From NCBI RefSeq assembly GCF_009914755.1, contig NC_060930.1: 64,000 nucleotides of DNA; one strand, written 5' to 3'. Within the stretch, counting starts at the first letter, position 1, and each line of letters opens with the position of its first letter. The notes below the pieces were generated by a model. That model had not been told where the DNA came from. It did not search any database and was given only the letters and a program-made list of their open reading frames with translations. The stretch comes from the human T2T-CHM13v2.0 reference genome, Homo sapiens. A program made the position numbers and the translations under genes. This document shows, one piece after another, positions 45,701-58,050 of this stretch.

Positions 45701-48700
45701 GGCTTCTAACTCTCGATGTAGGAGAACTTCTGCCCAAGCACTTTGCCCATTCTGGTTCTTAGGCTATTCGTCTCCACTCTGACCTAAGCACTACATCCAT
45801 TATCTGAGTTTCTGTTTTATAAATCTGTGAGTAAATTCTCACCTTATGCCTCAAATTCACAGTAACTAAACTTCTGTTTGGCTTATATAAATGAGTTTCT
45901 CTCTGAACCACCACTTTTACCTACTAGATCTCCCAGAAAATGAATTTTCTGTCCCTGAACCAACTTCTCAGAGCTGGTTTTCTGATATCATCTACCAGGT
46001 TTCCAAATGCTAGCCACCTGTCTTCTTGTTTTTTTTGTTAATAGCCAATGACCCTGGCTTGAACATATGCCTTGAATCTTAGATAAGGTATAGGACTTTT
46101 GGCTAGTCATGTTTTAGTCCAGCCTATCTTTTTCCCCTGATTAACTAATCTGTAAATTTCAGATCTGCCTTTGGACACATGATCTAATATTTTAAGCTGT
46201 TAAGGTCTTTAATCCTTGACATTGTTATCCAACCCTTTAGTGTTCTAGATAGAAATTGTATATAATGCTAGATTTTCTTAACCCTCAGGCCTTAAACAAG
46301 GTCTTCAAAGTAATTGACCTAATACAAATTGAGGTGGGTAGTAGAGCACTATTGAGAAGTATAGAAAACACTCCAGTAAGAGGTAGGGGAAGCAATTTAA
46401 GCAAATTAGAGAGGTAGAAATCCTATAGCATGTTCAGGAAGGAACAAATAGTTATGTGAAATAATAAATATTCTAATTATACACTGGTTTTGATTGGAAT
46501 AAGGAGTTGATATTTTTGTTTACAATATCCTCTGGAATAGAGCTTCTTAAATTAAAAATTGCACAAAATCTTAAGATATTGTTGGCAATATTGGTGCCTA
46601 AGAGTCATTATTTAACGCTTTTAATGAGTTTCTTTTGTAGATGATTCAAAATTCAGTTTATCTATTACGCAAGTACAATCTTTATGGTACTTAGCTTCCA
46701 ATGGGTTCTTCCACTGTTTTTACCATCACATTATATTTTAGAGCTACCATATGGTGGTTAAATGCCAAGATTCCAAACTAAACCTCGTTTCCTGAAATAA
46801 CACACATTGGTAATACCCCATAATTGTCACGCCAGTGATTTTCTACAATGCTATAAAGTATCAGAAAGAATCCATTTTATTTGGCAGTTTTATAATTCTA
46901 AATGTGTTTTTATTATTTAAAATATGGATATTTTAATTTTGAGTTACTGTACCATGGGATGTTTTTGTTTTATAAAATTGTTAACAGCATGAACCCTGAC
47001 TTTTAATTTAGGGTAGGTTTAGCTTGTAATTTTTAAAGTACTTTTATGACTAGAAGCCATTTTTCAGTGATAATTAAAGTTATATTAAGTGAATCTTGTA
47101 AAATGTAACATCATAAACTGTTACAGCAGTGCTAATCTGATAAATCGCAAAAGCAGTGAATGTCATTAGCACTTTAAACACATGGAAAACAAACATAAAG
47201 GAAGATACAGAAGCAAACATAATGGTAACCCTTAAAATTTGAAATGATTAGCAGTGATGCTAACTTACAGGCTTAGTGTCTTCTGAGATTCTTGCAAGGA
47301 GGTTAGATGTCTCAAATATATGTTGGTCTATTTATTAGAAGAGGAAAAATACCAAATATATTTCACTAAATATTTGCCTTTGAAGAAAAACGAAGCTATG
47401 ACTTGGTTAACTGAGTATTTACCTGCAAACAGAGAAGGATAGAAAAAATTGTGTGGGAAACACAGTAGGTCTCTGATAAATGTATATTAATTGTGTGAAC
47501 CATAATATTATTTTTGGAGCCATCCCACTTATTCTCCAGACCTTCTCTAAGCTTCCCTAGGTATTCCTTTATAGATCTATATTGGGTAGTATGGTCCAAA
47601 GGATGCCTAACACATGAAAATAGGATTGAATTCCTTTGAGGCCCAGAGTTCCCCTTGAAGAGGAACAGCTAAGGAACCCCTTAGTGGTGGTTAGTTTAGC
47701 AGCATAGATCAGGACTGCATATGAGTATTCTACAATAGTCCACACCTCTGTAGAGTCGGGAATGAGGTCCAGCCCCAAAGGAGGCCACTTCACTAACATG
47801 CTTGTCTTTACCAAATTATGTCTGAGAAAGTTTGTGACATGCAAGCTACGAAACTTTCTATCCAAAATAATATTTTTTCTTTAAAATCAAAATAGGAAAT
47901 TATTTTATATATCCTTGCTCTTTCAAACACAATATGAAAAATAATCCATCATAGCTTTGAATACTTCTTAAAGCGAGGGAAAGACAAATGCTTCTATTTG
48001 AATAGAACCATTAAATTTTCTTATTAATGCACTTAGTACTATATGTTCAATGCAAAATATACCCTAACAGATTTTTGATTTGCAATTTCTTAATTTGGTC
48101 TATCCTCATATACTTTTTCTTCCCTTGATAATTTGATTCAAAAAGTTCTTCCTCAACATGGAAAATTGCAGTTTTAGTAGATATGGATTTTGAGAAAATT
48201 GGGAATGTGTGTGAGAAGTGATACTTCAGAGAGAAAAGGAGCCCTGGTGAAAGGCAGAGAAGAAATCACAGATGAAGTATGGTCCTGTTGCTTCTTCCTG
48301 AAATCACGGTATAGTGTCCCAGGTTTCTAAAAGAAATAAAAAATGGTAAATCTTAGAAATGTATTTGTTCACAGTACATTGTACTATGAAAGATCATGGT
48401 ATGGATCATCATCCTGGAAGAATGTAAATTTGTTTCCCTTTTTTGTCTTATTTTCTTATTTATTTATTTATTGGTAAAGGCAGAAGATAAAAACAGATTG
48501 AGTAGTCCATGATCTTATCAACACAGCTAACATCACGTCTTGAGAAGGAAGCATCTTTTCCAACTTTCTTGCATAAAGATAAATAAAGCACTGGTGGTCA
48601 GCAATGTATGATGGCAGATTTCACAGGTTGCCTTAAGACTGAGATAGGAAGATGATGCAAATAACCCCAAGCCTTCTCTGTTAGATGCGAAGCAGTTAAA

Positions 48701-50214
48701 AGTGTCAGAGATTTTCACGAAGTCTGGCCCAGATCTTCTTCTGTATTCTGATTTATGCTGGCATTGGTTAGGTTCATGCATGAAGCTAATTCTAAATAAC
48801 TAACTGTCTCTTTGTTTTGGGGCATGTTTGTTGGGTAGGATTAGGCCTTCATAAAATCTACTCCTCTGTAATACACTGAAAAAGTTGCAAGACTACCCAC
48901 AATATTATTGTTGCTTTGCATTTTTCTCCTTTATCTCAATATATAAAGTACATATATTATTATGGTTTTGTTGGGTGTCTGGAAGCAGAACTCAACAATG
49001 TAGGTCAGAAGAGCAGAAAGACATTGAACATTTCTATACAAGACCAAACTCCACTTCAGTATGTCACAGATTGCAACAAAACAAAATTCTTTAATAAGCC
49101 TCTCACTAAAATGATGAGGACAGAAGATCCTGAAGTAGCTCCAGTAAGGAAGAAAAGGAAAATGAGAATTAATTTTAGAATATCAGTAATTATTCATTTA
49201 AAATATATTGTGTGCCCTTGCTAGTCTATTTAATGTTAGAGTTTCCTTTTATTTTGGTTAATATAAAAACATTTATAGGGTTGTGTCACTGGTCCCTATG
49301 TGATCAATTCCTAAACCCATGTCATAGTCCTAAATTCCTCAAGAGGGAATTTGCTCACAGCAGGGTGTTTCAATAACGTACTAGAACTTAGAGAAGGACT
49401 ACTATTTTATTCCTGAAGTGTTGTTTCTAAGATTAAAAGAGGCCCATATTCTGACTTTTTTACTGGAAAAGGGGAAAGTATTTTAACCGATACATCCAGC
49501 CTCTTTCATCTCATCTTCTCTTATTTCCAAGAGGTAGATAGGCACATGTGGATTTGGATCACACTGCTAACGGATGTCAGGAACTTGGTGTTCAACCAAC
49601 TGAACTTAAGTCCCATACAATAATATTCATGAGTTAACATACATCGGATGATATTAAGGAATACATCCTGTCAGTATTACCTGCTGTATTCTTTGTTTTC
49701 TGATGTCATCAGGTCTTATGATTTATTTTTACATACGGCAGCCATTTAAGAATATAGTACGCTCCATGCCAATTTGTTATTCATAATTAGCGATGCCATG
49801 TAGGGAACAGCCAACAGTTCCATATCTTAGCTTCTTTCTTAGCTCTATCCACCAGCCACCCTCACACCTATGCAGATGTGAGAGAGAATTGCTATTCTGA
49901 GAGGTCAAACTCCTAAACCATATGCCTGGTAAGCAGGGCTAACATGGCTTAAAAATTCATTAACACTCATATTTTATTTTCTTCCTCTGTTGCTGAATTC
50001 AGCTTTGAATAAAGTCAGTTTTGCCTTGAGGGACAATCTATTGATTAATAATAATAAATATATATAGACCACTTTAACACAGCTATCATTCTTTTTTGAG
50101 GATGGAGAGCAAAAACAGCAGTAACTTTTATCAGTATGGGTCCAAATTAGAAAGATATGGTATTTTGATTTTCATATTTTAGTATTTCTTTGAGTTTAAA
50201 TTCATGTGTTATCC

Positions 50215-50365
50215 TAACACTGTGAATGTGACTGTGAAGTAGAGCTCTTTGTCAACTCTTGTATAATATTTACCCTGAGCAAGAAATGAACTTTTATTGG
50301 TTTTAAACCACTAACAATCGGAATTGCTAATTATTATAGCAATGCTGAAGCATAGCCCTTTCCTT
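50215..50365 (+). mobile_element. MLT1 (J/K-like) LTR 3' fragment
   Basis: tgagcaagaaatgaacttttattggttttaaaccact..ttattatagca..agcatagcc. Confidence 0.55.
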
Positions 50366-50664
50366 TCTTATTGCATAGCTTTGATTGCTATTTGGTTTTC
50401 CTTCCACACTGCCCATTGTATCTTAGTTTTATCTTAAGTTATGTATTAGCCATAGTCCCCAAATCCTTCCCTTTAACTATTAGCAGACAATTTTGGGTCT
50501 GGTTTTCAGTCATTACAAGTTCACCCAGAAATTAAGATAATTGTGTGCTTTCCTCATTATCCCATGGTGACCTACATTAGTGTGTCTAGTTTTAACGTAG
50601 AAGCCTGGTCTTAGACTTTTTGTATTCAAGCTGAGAGAACAGAAAGGCATTAGTAGGTAATTTT

Positions 50665-50825
50665 ATTATCAACACTGGATACACTTTAGAATCATCTGGA
50701 AAGCTTTCAAAAATATATTATGCCCAGCTCCTACCCAATACTACTTCATCAGGTAGGGATGGGTGAGCAAGCATGGGTATTTGAAAAGCTGATGCTTCTA
50801 CTGTGCAGGTAGAGTTGAGAACCCT
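50665..50825. mobile_element. MER5A (hAT-Charlie MITE)
   Basis: tcaacactggatacactttagaatcatctggaaagctttcaaaaat..atgcccagctcctaccc..tgtgcagg..gttgagaacc. Confidence 0.7.
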
Positions 50826-50909
50826 CTTCCTGGAAGTAAAGAGAGGTAGGCATTATCCTGAAACCTGTCAAGAAAAATCGCTCTGTGTGTTCTGAGAAAC
50901 ACTGCTTAA

Positions 50910-51267
<358 letters not shown>

Positions 51268-51334
51268 TGATCAATACCCTTTGGATATCAATTTTATAAA
51301 TTATTCATTATATTATTTACTTGCTTTGTTTCTT

Positions 51335-51485
51335 GATTAATATTTGTCTCCCCGACAAGACTGTAGGTTATACAAGATCAAGGATTTCGTCTTTATTTGA
51401 GAAAATTGGCTTTTTTCCTCAGGGCTTAGAGCAATGACCAACATATGGTTTATATTCAATAAATACTTGCTAGATGAATGAAGTA
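51335..51485 (+). mobile_element. L2 3' end
   Basis: tgtctcccc..agactgtag..cagggcttagagcaatg..tcaataaatacttgctagatgaatgaa. Confidence 0.7.
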
Positions 51486-51599
51486 TCAATGTAAACCAAA
51501 ATGAAAGATGAATAGCAATTGTGAGAAAAAAAAGTTTCCAAAACATAACAAAGGTCTATGTAATAAAACGATACCATAATAAAACACAAATACTATAAT

Positions 51600-52290
51600 A
51601 AAAAATGATGGCTAAAAAATGTATACAGACAATTCAACAATTCACAGAAGAAATACATCATGATGAGTTATTAACTACTAAAAAACTTGCTGTAAGCAAA
51701 GATTTTCAAATTAATTTGTTAGTTATGTACTGTTTTATGTATCAGATTAGCAAAGATTACTTAAAGGTATTTTTCAATGCTGAATAGGGAATAGTTTGAC
51801 CAGGACCCTCAAACCCTACCAATAGAAGTGCAAATTAGGATAACCTTTTGGAAAAGCAATTGGGAGCTGTATATGAAGAACCCTAAGGATGTTAATTCCT
51901 ATTGACCAATAAATCTCATTCATGGGATATATTCTGAGGAAATAAAAATCAATTTTTAGTCCAATATTTGCATACAAGGTTATTTATCTTAGCATTTTTC
52001 AAATAGCAAAGAATGGAAATAGTCTTTCTTAAACAATAGAAGAATTTAAATATATCACAATATATCCTTATGTGAGAGAATGTAATAATACCATTAAAAC
52101 CAATGTTGAAAATATTAATGGCAGGGGAATTGCTCCCATTATAATATCAAGGGAAGTCGGTATGAGAAAATACTAAAAATCTTGCTTTTAAACATATAAA
52201 TTTGTGAAACATTAATTTGGATATTTGTTAATTTTTTTATAGTCAGTTGTGTACTTGCAAAATTTTCTATCTCATTTTACCTTGTATAAT
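51600..52290 (+). mobile_element. L1ME-like 3' fragment
   Basis: agacaattc..acagaagaaatac..aaccttttggaaaagcaattggg..tatattctgaggaaataa. Confidence 0.6.
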
Positions 52291-52299
52291 CTGACCATT

Positions 52300-52490
52300 A
52301 ACAATAACAGATGTTTACATAGATTATGTTCCATGTGAGAGGCACTATTCTAAGCACTTTCTTTTTAAAACTTACTAAATAGGCATGGTTATTATCCTCA
52401 TTTTACAGATGAGGACATGTAAGCATGGAGTGATTAAGTAACTTGACCAAGGTAACCAACTCATAAGCTCAGAATCTGTGCTTTTACACT
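52300..52490 (-). mobile_element. MIR SINE
   Basis: aggcactattctaagcacttt..attatcctcattttacagatgaggac..ttaagtaacttgaccaagg. Confidence 0.75.
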
Positions 52491-53081
52491 ATTTTTTTTT
52501 TTTAAGTCAAAGAAAGTCAGCCTAGGAAATACTTGTAGGTTCTGAGAATGTCTGTATTAGACTCCACACATTGGACAGGGCTTACCCAAGGACTGGAAGA
52601 ATTTAAGTTTTGTGGTAGTAGAGGGCTTTTATAGATCAGGTCGAATCTCCTGCCTTTTTGATGAATAAAAATTTACATCTGCCTTGTTTAAGGGCAGAAA
52701 CAGAGACACAGCCCACTCCTTCTGACCACATCTCTTGTAGCCACTGACGGTTAACTAGAAGCTTCCCTGACTACCTGTTATGGATAAGATGAGGCTGCTA
52801 CCCCTATTCTGGGCAAGACAACTTAGGAAATAGCACATGCAGTCTTCATTGAACCTCAAAACCATGAGCTCTGCTGTGACTTGCTGACTGTGGCTGCTTG
52901 TAACTAGAATAGGAAAAACCAACCTCAGTACATGAAATGCTTCTGCACTGCTGAGTACCCTGTTCTCTATCCACATTTATTCTATTACAAGTAACAGAGA
53001 AACATTAGGTAGAAGGGAAAAGGGCTGGTGAGAATTAAATCATACCTCTCGGTTGAGCAGACTGAAGAGTTAGAAATTGTA

Positions 53082-53161
53082 TTAGGTTGGTGAAAAAGTC
53101 GTTGCGGTTTTTGCCATTAAAAATAATGACCAAAACCGCAATGACTTTTGCACCAACCTAA
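53082..53161. mobile_element. MADE1 (Hsmar1-derived 80-bp palindromic MITE)
   Basis: ttaggttggtgaaaaagtcgttgcggtttttgccatta-aaaa-taatgaccaaaaccgcaatgacttttgcaccaacctaa flanked by TA TSDs (53080-53081 and 53162-53163). Confidence 0.97.
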
Positions 53162-55649
53162 TATGAGGTGTCATGTAGCAGTTTTACATCTGTCTTCCCA
53201 AAGATTGTCACTCAAAGATTTTATCAACAAAAAGGCTGACATCCAAATCCACTGTTAAACTATCAGCTCAGGCCAGGCCCTTGCCCTTCCTCTCAGTGCA
53301 AATAAGTTACTCTGTGTAAATCTAAACTTATATTGTGATGGTGCTAAGATTTGCTGGCTTTAGATATTTCTGAACCTTTTATGGTACATTTTTTCTCTTT
53401 TCCTGAAACAAACTTGTTTTTGATATTTTTGTTTAAAAACATATCGTTAGAAACCTTTCCTAAGGTGGTGGTGAGATTTTCTTCATAGTGGCTTCAGTTA
53501 ACAAAGCATTTGGGGATAATGAAGGATGAAAATCCACAGTAGAAATGTAAAAATCTTTATATTAATGAAGCATAATGTATTATTGGATCCTTCATGGAAT
53601 TTTCCATTGCCAAATCAAGGCTCATTATTCTGCACCTGAGCACCACAATTCCTGGAGTTCCATGGCATGTTTTAACAATAAGACAAATGTCCCATTTTGT
53701 TTTATGAAACCTTACTTTCCCTTTCTGACAGCCTTTTTCTCACTAGCTTTTACTGTGGTCTCAGAGATTTGTGCCTTCCAATATAAATTCCCTTAAGTCA
53801 CATCTTTTTCAATTGTGTGGGTTGAAGCAGGGTAGGGGCATTGCCATCATATGAGAAATAATTTAGTAAGTCTTGCTAGAAAATCTTCATTGGAAGATTT
53901 TCCTATGCGTAATAAAATAGTTCTTACTTTGGGTTTATGATGAAAACCATGACATCTATAGCAAAAACTTCATGGTATTTTGAGACCTGATTTATTTAAC
54001 AGTTCTTGTCCTTTCTGATCACAGTTGTGAACAGACGTCTTGAACAATATGTATTGAAGACCCTGTTAGAGAAAAGGCAATGGTTTCCTATTGCCTTCAC
54101 TGATCCTCCTCTCAGAATTAATTTCTCCCTACTGTATTCTCTAACCAGACTTTTTATGTGACCCTCTGTTTTTTGTTTGTAATTGTGCACAACTCTCTTG
54201 CTCACTAAATCATAGTAGGTGAGAAAAAAATGAGTTATGGCTCATTTATGATTCTACCCCGCATGTCTAACACAGAGCCTGAAACAGTATAGGGACTCAG
54301 TTGGTTTGCTTGAATGGAATTAATTGAATCGATAGGATCAATGCGTTAATACCAAGTAGTGATTTTAGTTTAATTCTATGAAGGACCAAGATTCTTTTCA
54401 GTTCACAGAAAGAGTGTAAAAGTATTTTGAATAAATTTCAAATGCTAAATTAAGGTTTATTATTAAGTGTAAATCTATCAAAATTTTAAAAGAATTTCAT
54501 ATTGACCATAAATATAAACCTTATAGATTTTAAGAAATTAAAGCAATGTAATCAATATTTTTGACAAAATTCATTAAAATAGCAGAGATTAAAACAAAAA
54601 AAACATTTTTAAAAAAAGAACAACAAATCTCTCTTCTACATAATTTTTAGATCAAAGAAGAGATCAAAACAAATTATAGAATTTCTAGTAAATAAAGGTG
54701 CAACATTGTAAATTCACAAGCTATAGGATATGGGCGAATTCTGTGTGGTCAATAAAAATATTGCGGTATTTTTAATCATTTCTGATTAATAATTATTAAT
54801 AATTTCTGAAACTACCTTTCAGTAAATTATTTAGTTCTTTATTTCAGTGTTTTGTTTCCTTTGTTACTGAGTTTCCCTTTCAATAATGAATGATGTGACC
54901 AACCAAGGAGAATTTTTTGCTCTGTACTAAAATAATAGCCTACAGTTAGGAATTATAAAAACCAAGAGAGCTTCTTTAAATGTTTTGTTTGTTTGTTTAA
55001 GTGATGTCTTCCATCAAAAGTAAGAATAATTCTCTTAGAAGGTCCTTGTGGTGTCATGTCACTTGCTGTCTGTGGCAACCTTACATTGCCACACTTGGGT
55101 ACTGAAAATCAATAAAATGAAACTTCGTCATCCCCCCCCACAAAAAAAGAATAAAAATGAATCACTTAAATATTAAGCTCAAGGCATTAGGATGGGAAAA
55201 CAAACTAAGAATACAGAGGAAAATAATTGTTAAAATAGAAATGTACATTAACGAATTGGAGAAAAAATAACATAAATTCAGAGGTGCTTTCTTAAAAAAA
55301 TTCTTGAAAAAAATTTACTAGCTCACTTAATGAAAGAAAAAGGGAAATGGTGTGTAAATAAGAACCAAAAAAAGCAGCATCTGTGGATTTAGAGGAACTA
55401 TACATTTTAAATGTTAAGATATGTCTTTGTACCTTTCCATAGCTACAAATTTGGAAAAGTGCCAGAAAACACAAATTTTTTAAATTTTTTAAATGTAGGA
55501 ATGATTAGAATTTATATAAAAAAGATAACTTAATGAGTAAATAACAATGAAAGAAATTGAGATTTTCAAAAATCCACACTCACCTCTAGCTACCAACAAA
55601 CAAACCAACAAAATAAAGGATACCAGTTAAAAAGTCCTTCCGATGCAGA

Positions 55650-55845
55650 GAGTGATTGAAGAAGCCCTATACAAGGTGGATGCTCCTGGCATTTCCCATA
55701 TGCCTTATCTCCTTGTCCTTTCCCTCTAGCTCTCTCCTCTCCGGTGACACTGGTTCCTTGCTGTTCCTTGAATACTCCAGGTGTACTCTCCCTAGAGCCT
55801 TTGTACTGGATACTTTGAATTCCTGGAACATTCCTTCCCTTAAAT
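55650..55845 (+). mobile_element. L2 fragment
   Basis: cactggttccttgctgttccttgaatactccagg..agagcctttgtactgg..cctggaacattccttccc. Confidence 0.7.
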
Positions 55846-55899
55846 ATCTATATATTTTATACAAAAATAAAGTTGCCATTTATATTACTGGAGTAATAT

Positions 55900-57110
55900 T
55901 TAATATTTAATAGATGACAATAGAATATTTAGCTTTTGGGGGCAGTTGAGTTATGCATTTTATCTCACTCTTTATATTAAGTAAATTTCATATGAATCAA
56001 AGACTTAAATATACACTTTTAAGCCATAAAAGAAATAAAAGAAGACAGATGCATGCAGGACTGATATTCAGTTTTAACAAATCAGTACAGGCATACTAGT
56101 AGCATGGAATATATTGCTTATCTATTTCTTTGTATCTATGTCTATCTATCTATCTATCCATCCATCTATCTGTATCTATCATTTACCTATCTCTCTAGCT
56201 GTCATCTATCTATCTCTCTACCATTTTAGTATATAAATTTAAACCCAAGCTAAGATAGTGCTAAATATTTTGAGGCTACTCTTCCATATTTGAGTAAATT
56301 TATATTATATATATTTATATGTGGAGAAGATCTTACTACATATGCACAAAACAGACATCTCTGTGGCAAAAAATATAAATATCATAACCAGTTTCAAAAA
56401 TAAACAACAGCCTGAAAAGAATATTTACAACAATAAAACAGTCCAAAGGCATATATCCCTAATATGCAAGAAGTTTTTAAATAATCTATAAAAGTAGCCT
56501 TTGTATTGGCAAAGGTGTAATGAAGTATATTCTCACTTATATTGGTAAAAGTGTAAGTGAATATGATCATTTTCTAGAGAAATTTGGCTTTTAAACTTTT
56601 GTAAATACATATTTTTGACCCAGAAACTGTATTTTTAGAAAATTCACCCTACAAAATACACAAGAATTATCTAAGTGCAGAAGTGCTCACTTATAAAAGG
56701 AAAAAAAAGGTAAAACTTATATATCTGCCAATCTTGTATTAAATAAATATTTTATAGTATAGCCATAAAATATTGTGCTATTTTTACAAAATTAGATTTC
56801 TATGTTTGTAATAATATGGGAAAGTTTATAAGACATATTGTTAGATGAAAAGAAAAAGCATCAGCACACTACATTTGATATGATTATGTTTCTGTAAAAA
56901 TATATCCACTTAGCTATCTGTCTAAATGTACAGCACACACATACATATATTAGTCAATGGAAAGTAAAAAATATGAAGAATATTCATTACCTGCCAAGAG
57001 TCATCAATTTTTGGATGTAGGTATTTTTACTTTCTAAGCCATACATTTTGTTAATGTTTGCATTTTTTAACAATGAGTGTGTATTTTTAAAAGCAGAAGT
57101 AAAACATGGA
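55900..57110 (+). mobile_element. L1ME-like ORF2 3' / 3' UTR fragments
   Basis: atgaatcaaagacttaaat; tttgacccagaaactgtatttttagaaattcaccctac; tttaacaatgagtgtgtat. Confidence 0.55.
56119..56220. repeat. Degenerate (TCTA)n tetranucleotide repeat
   Basis: Read directly. Confidence 0.85.
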
Positions 57111-57929
57111 GTTTTCAAAAAATTAAAAGGAAGCAGAAAGTGTAAAGACATCCCTAAACCATATTTTAGGTCTGTGCTTCATCTCATAGAGATTCAGGAC
57201 TACAAGTCAAGCTGAAAAATGTATACGGGATCTCTAAACATAGCTTCTGTAAGACAAAAATGATTGATTATTTCTGGGTAATAGATAGCAAAATGTGCAA
57301 TCTGATCTCTGCTATGAGTTTTGAACCATATTGCCGTGAAGGAGATTAAATCCATGCAGTGTTTTACTTATTAACTCTGTCAATGAGTATGCTAAACAAA
57401 AAGGCAACTTTTTCTAATCTTTGTGATTTTCCTTATTTTATCTTTTGAAACATTTTATTTCTACTAATGTTTGAGAAATGTTCTCAGAGTAAACTGAGTA
57501 TAAGGAGTTTTCTTAAAAATAGTTTAGTTAATATATCTTTTAGAAATGCTAATCCTTGGACCGCTGATAAATGTCCAGCTCACATCACTTTCTTGGTTAC
57601 ACTGAATAAATTGGAACATTTGCACTTAGCTAGTTACCTTCCTTGAGGAGGAATCTTATCAAGGAACTCTTTTTCTTAACTATGCCCAAGCAGCTCTATA
57701 TATTCTAAAAGATCCTGCAATTCAATACGATTAAAAGCAACATTATGTAATAAAATCTTATTTCTGAAAATAACAGCACATTATTTGAGGAAATACTTAC
57801 TTCGAGAGACTGAGACAAGTCTGAACATATGAAGAGATCAGTTGCAGAGCCTCTCTCCTGCAAAAAAGACTTGCTCTGCCAGAGAGAAGAATAATAAACT
57901 TTCTCCACGAGTAAAACTGGAAATACAAC

Positions 57930-58050
57930 ATATTCATTTAATGCTCAAGAAAGACTTTCAGTACCCATCATGTGCCCCCCACTATTCTAGATGCTGGAGA
58001 TGTTGTAGTGAACAAACCAGACAAAAATACCCTCTGGAGTTTACAATCCT
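57930..58050 (-). mobile_element. L2 3' fragment
   Basis: cactattctagatgctggagatgttgtagtgaacaaaccagacaaaaat..ggagtttacaatcct. Confidence 0.7.

Noticed and set aside
48916-49224. 102-aa ORF in apparently unique sequence with a GTAAGG donor-like site near 49144
   Set aside because: No recognisable domain, no convincing acceptor, and a non-ATG start.
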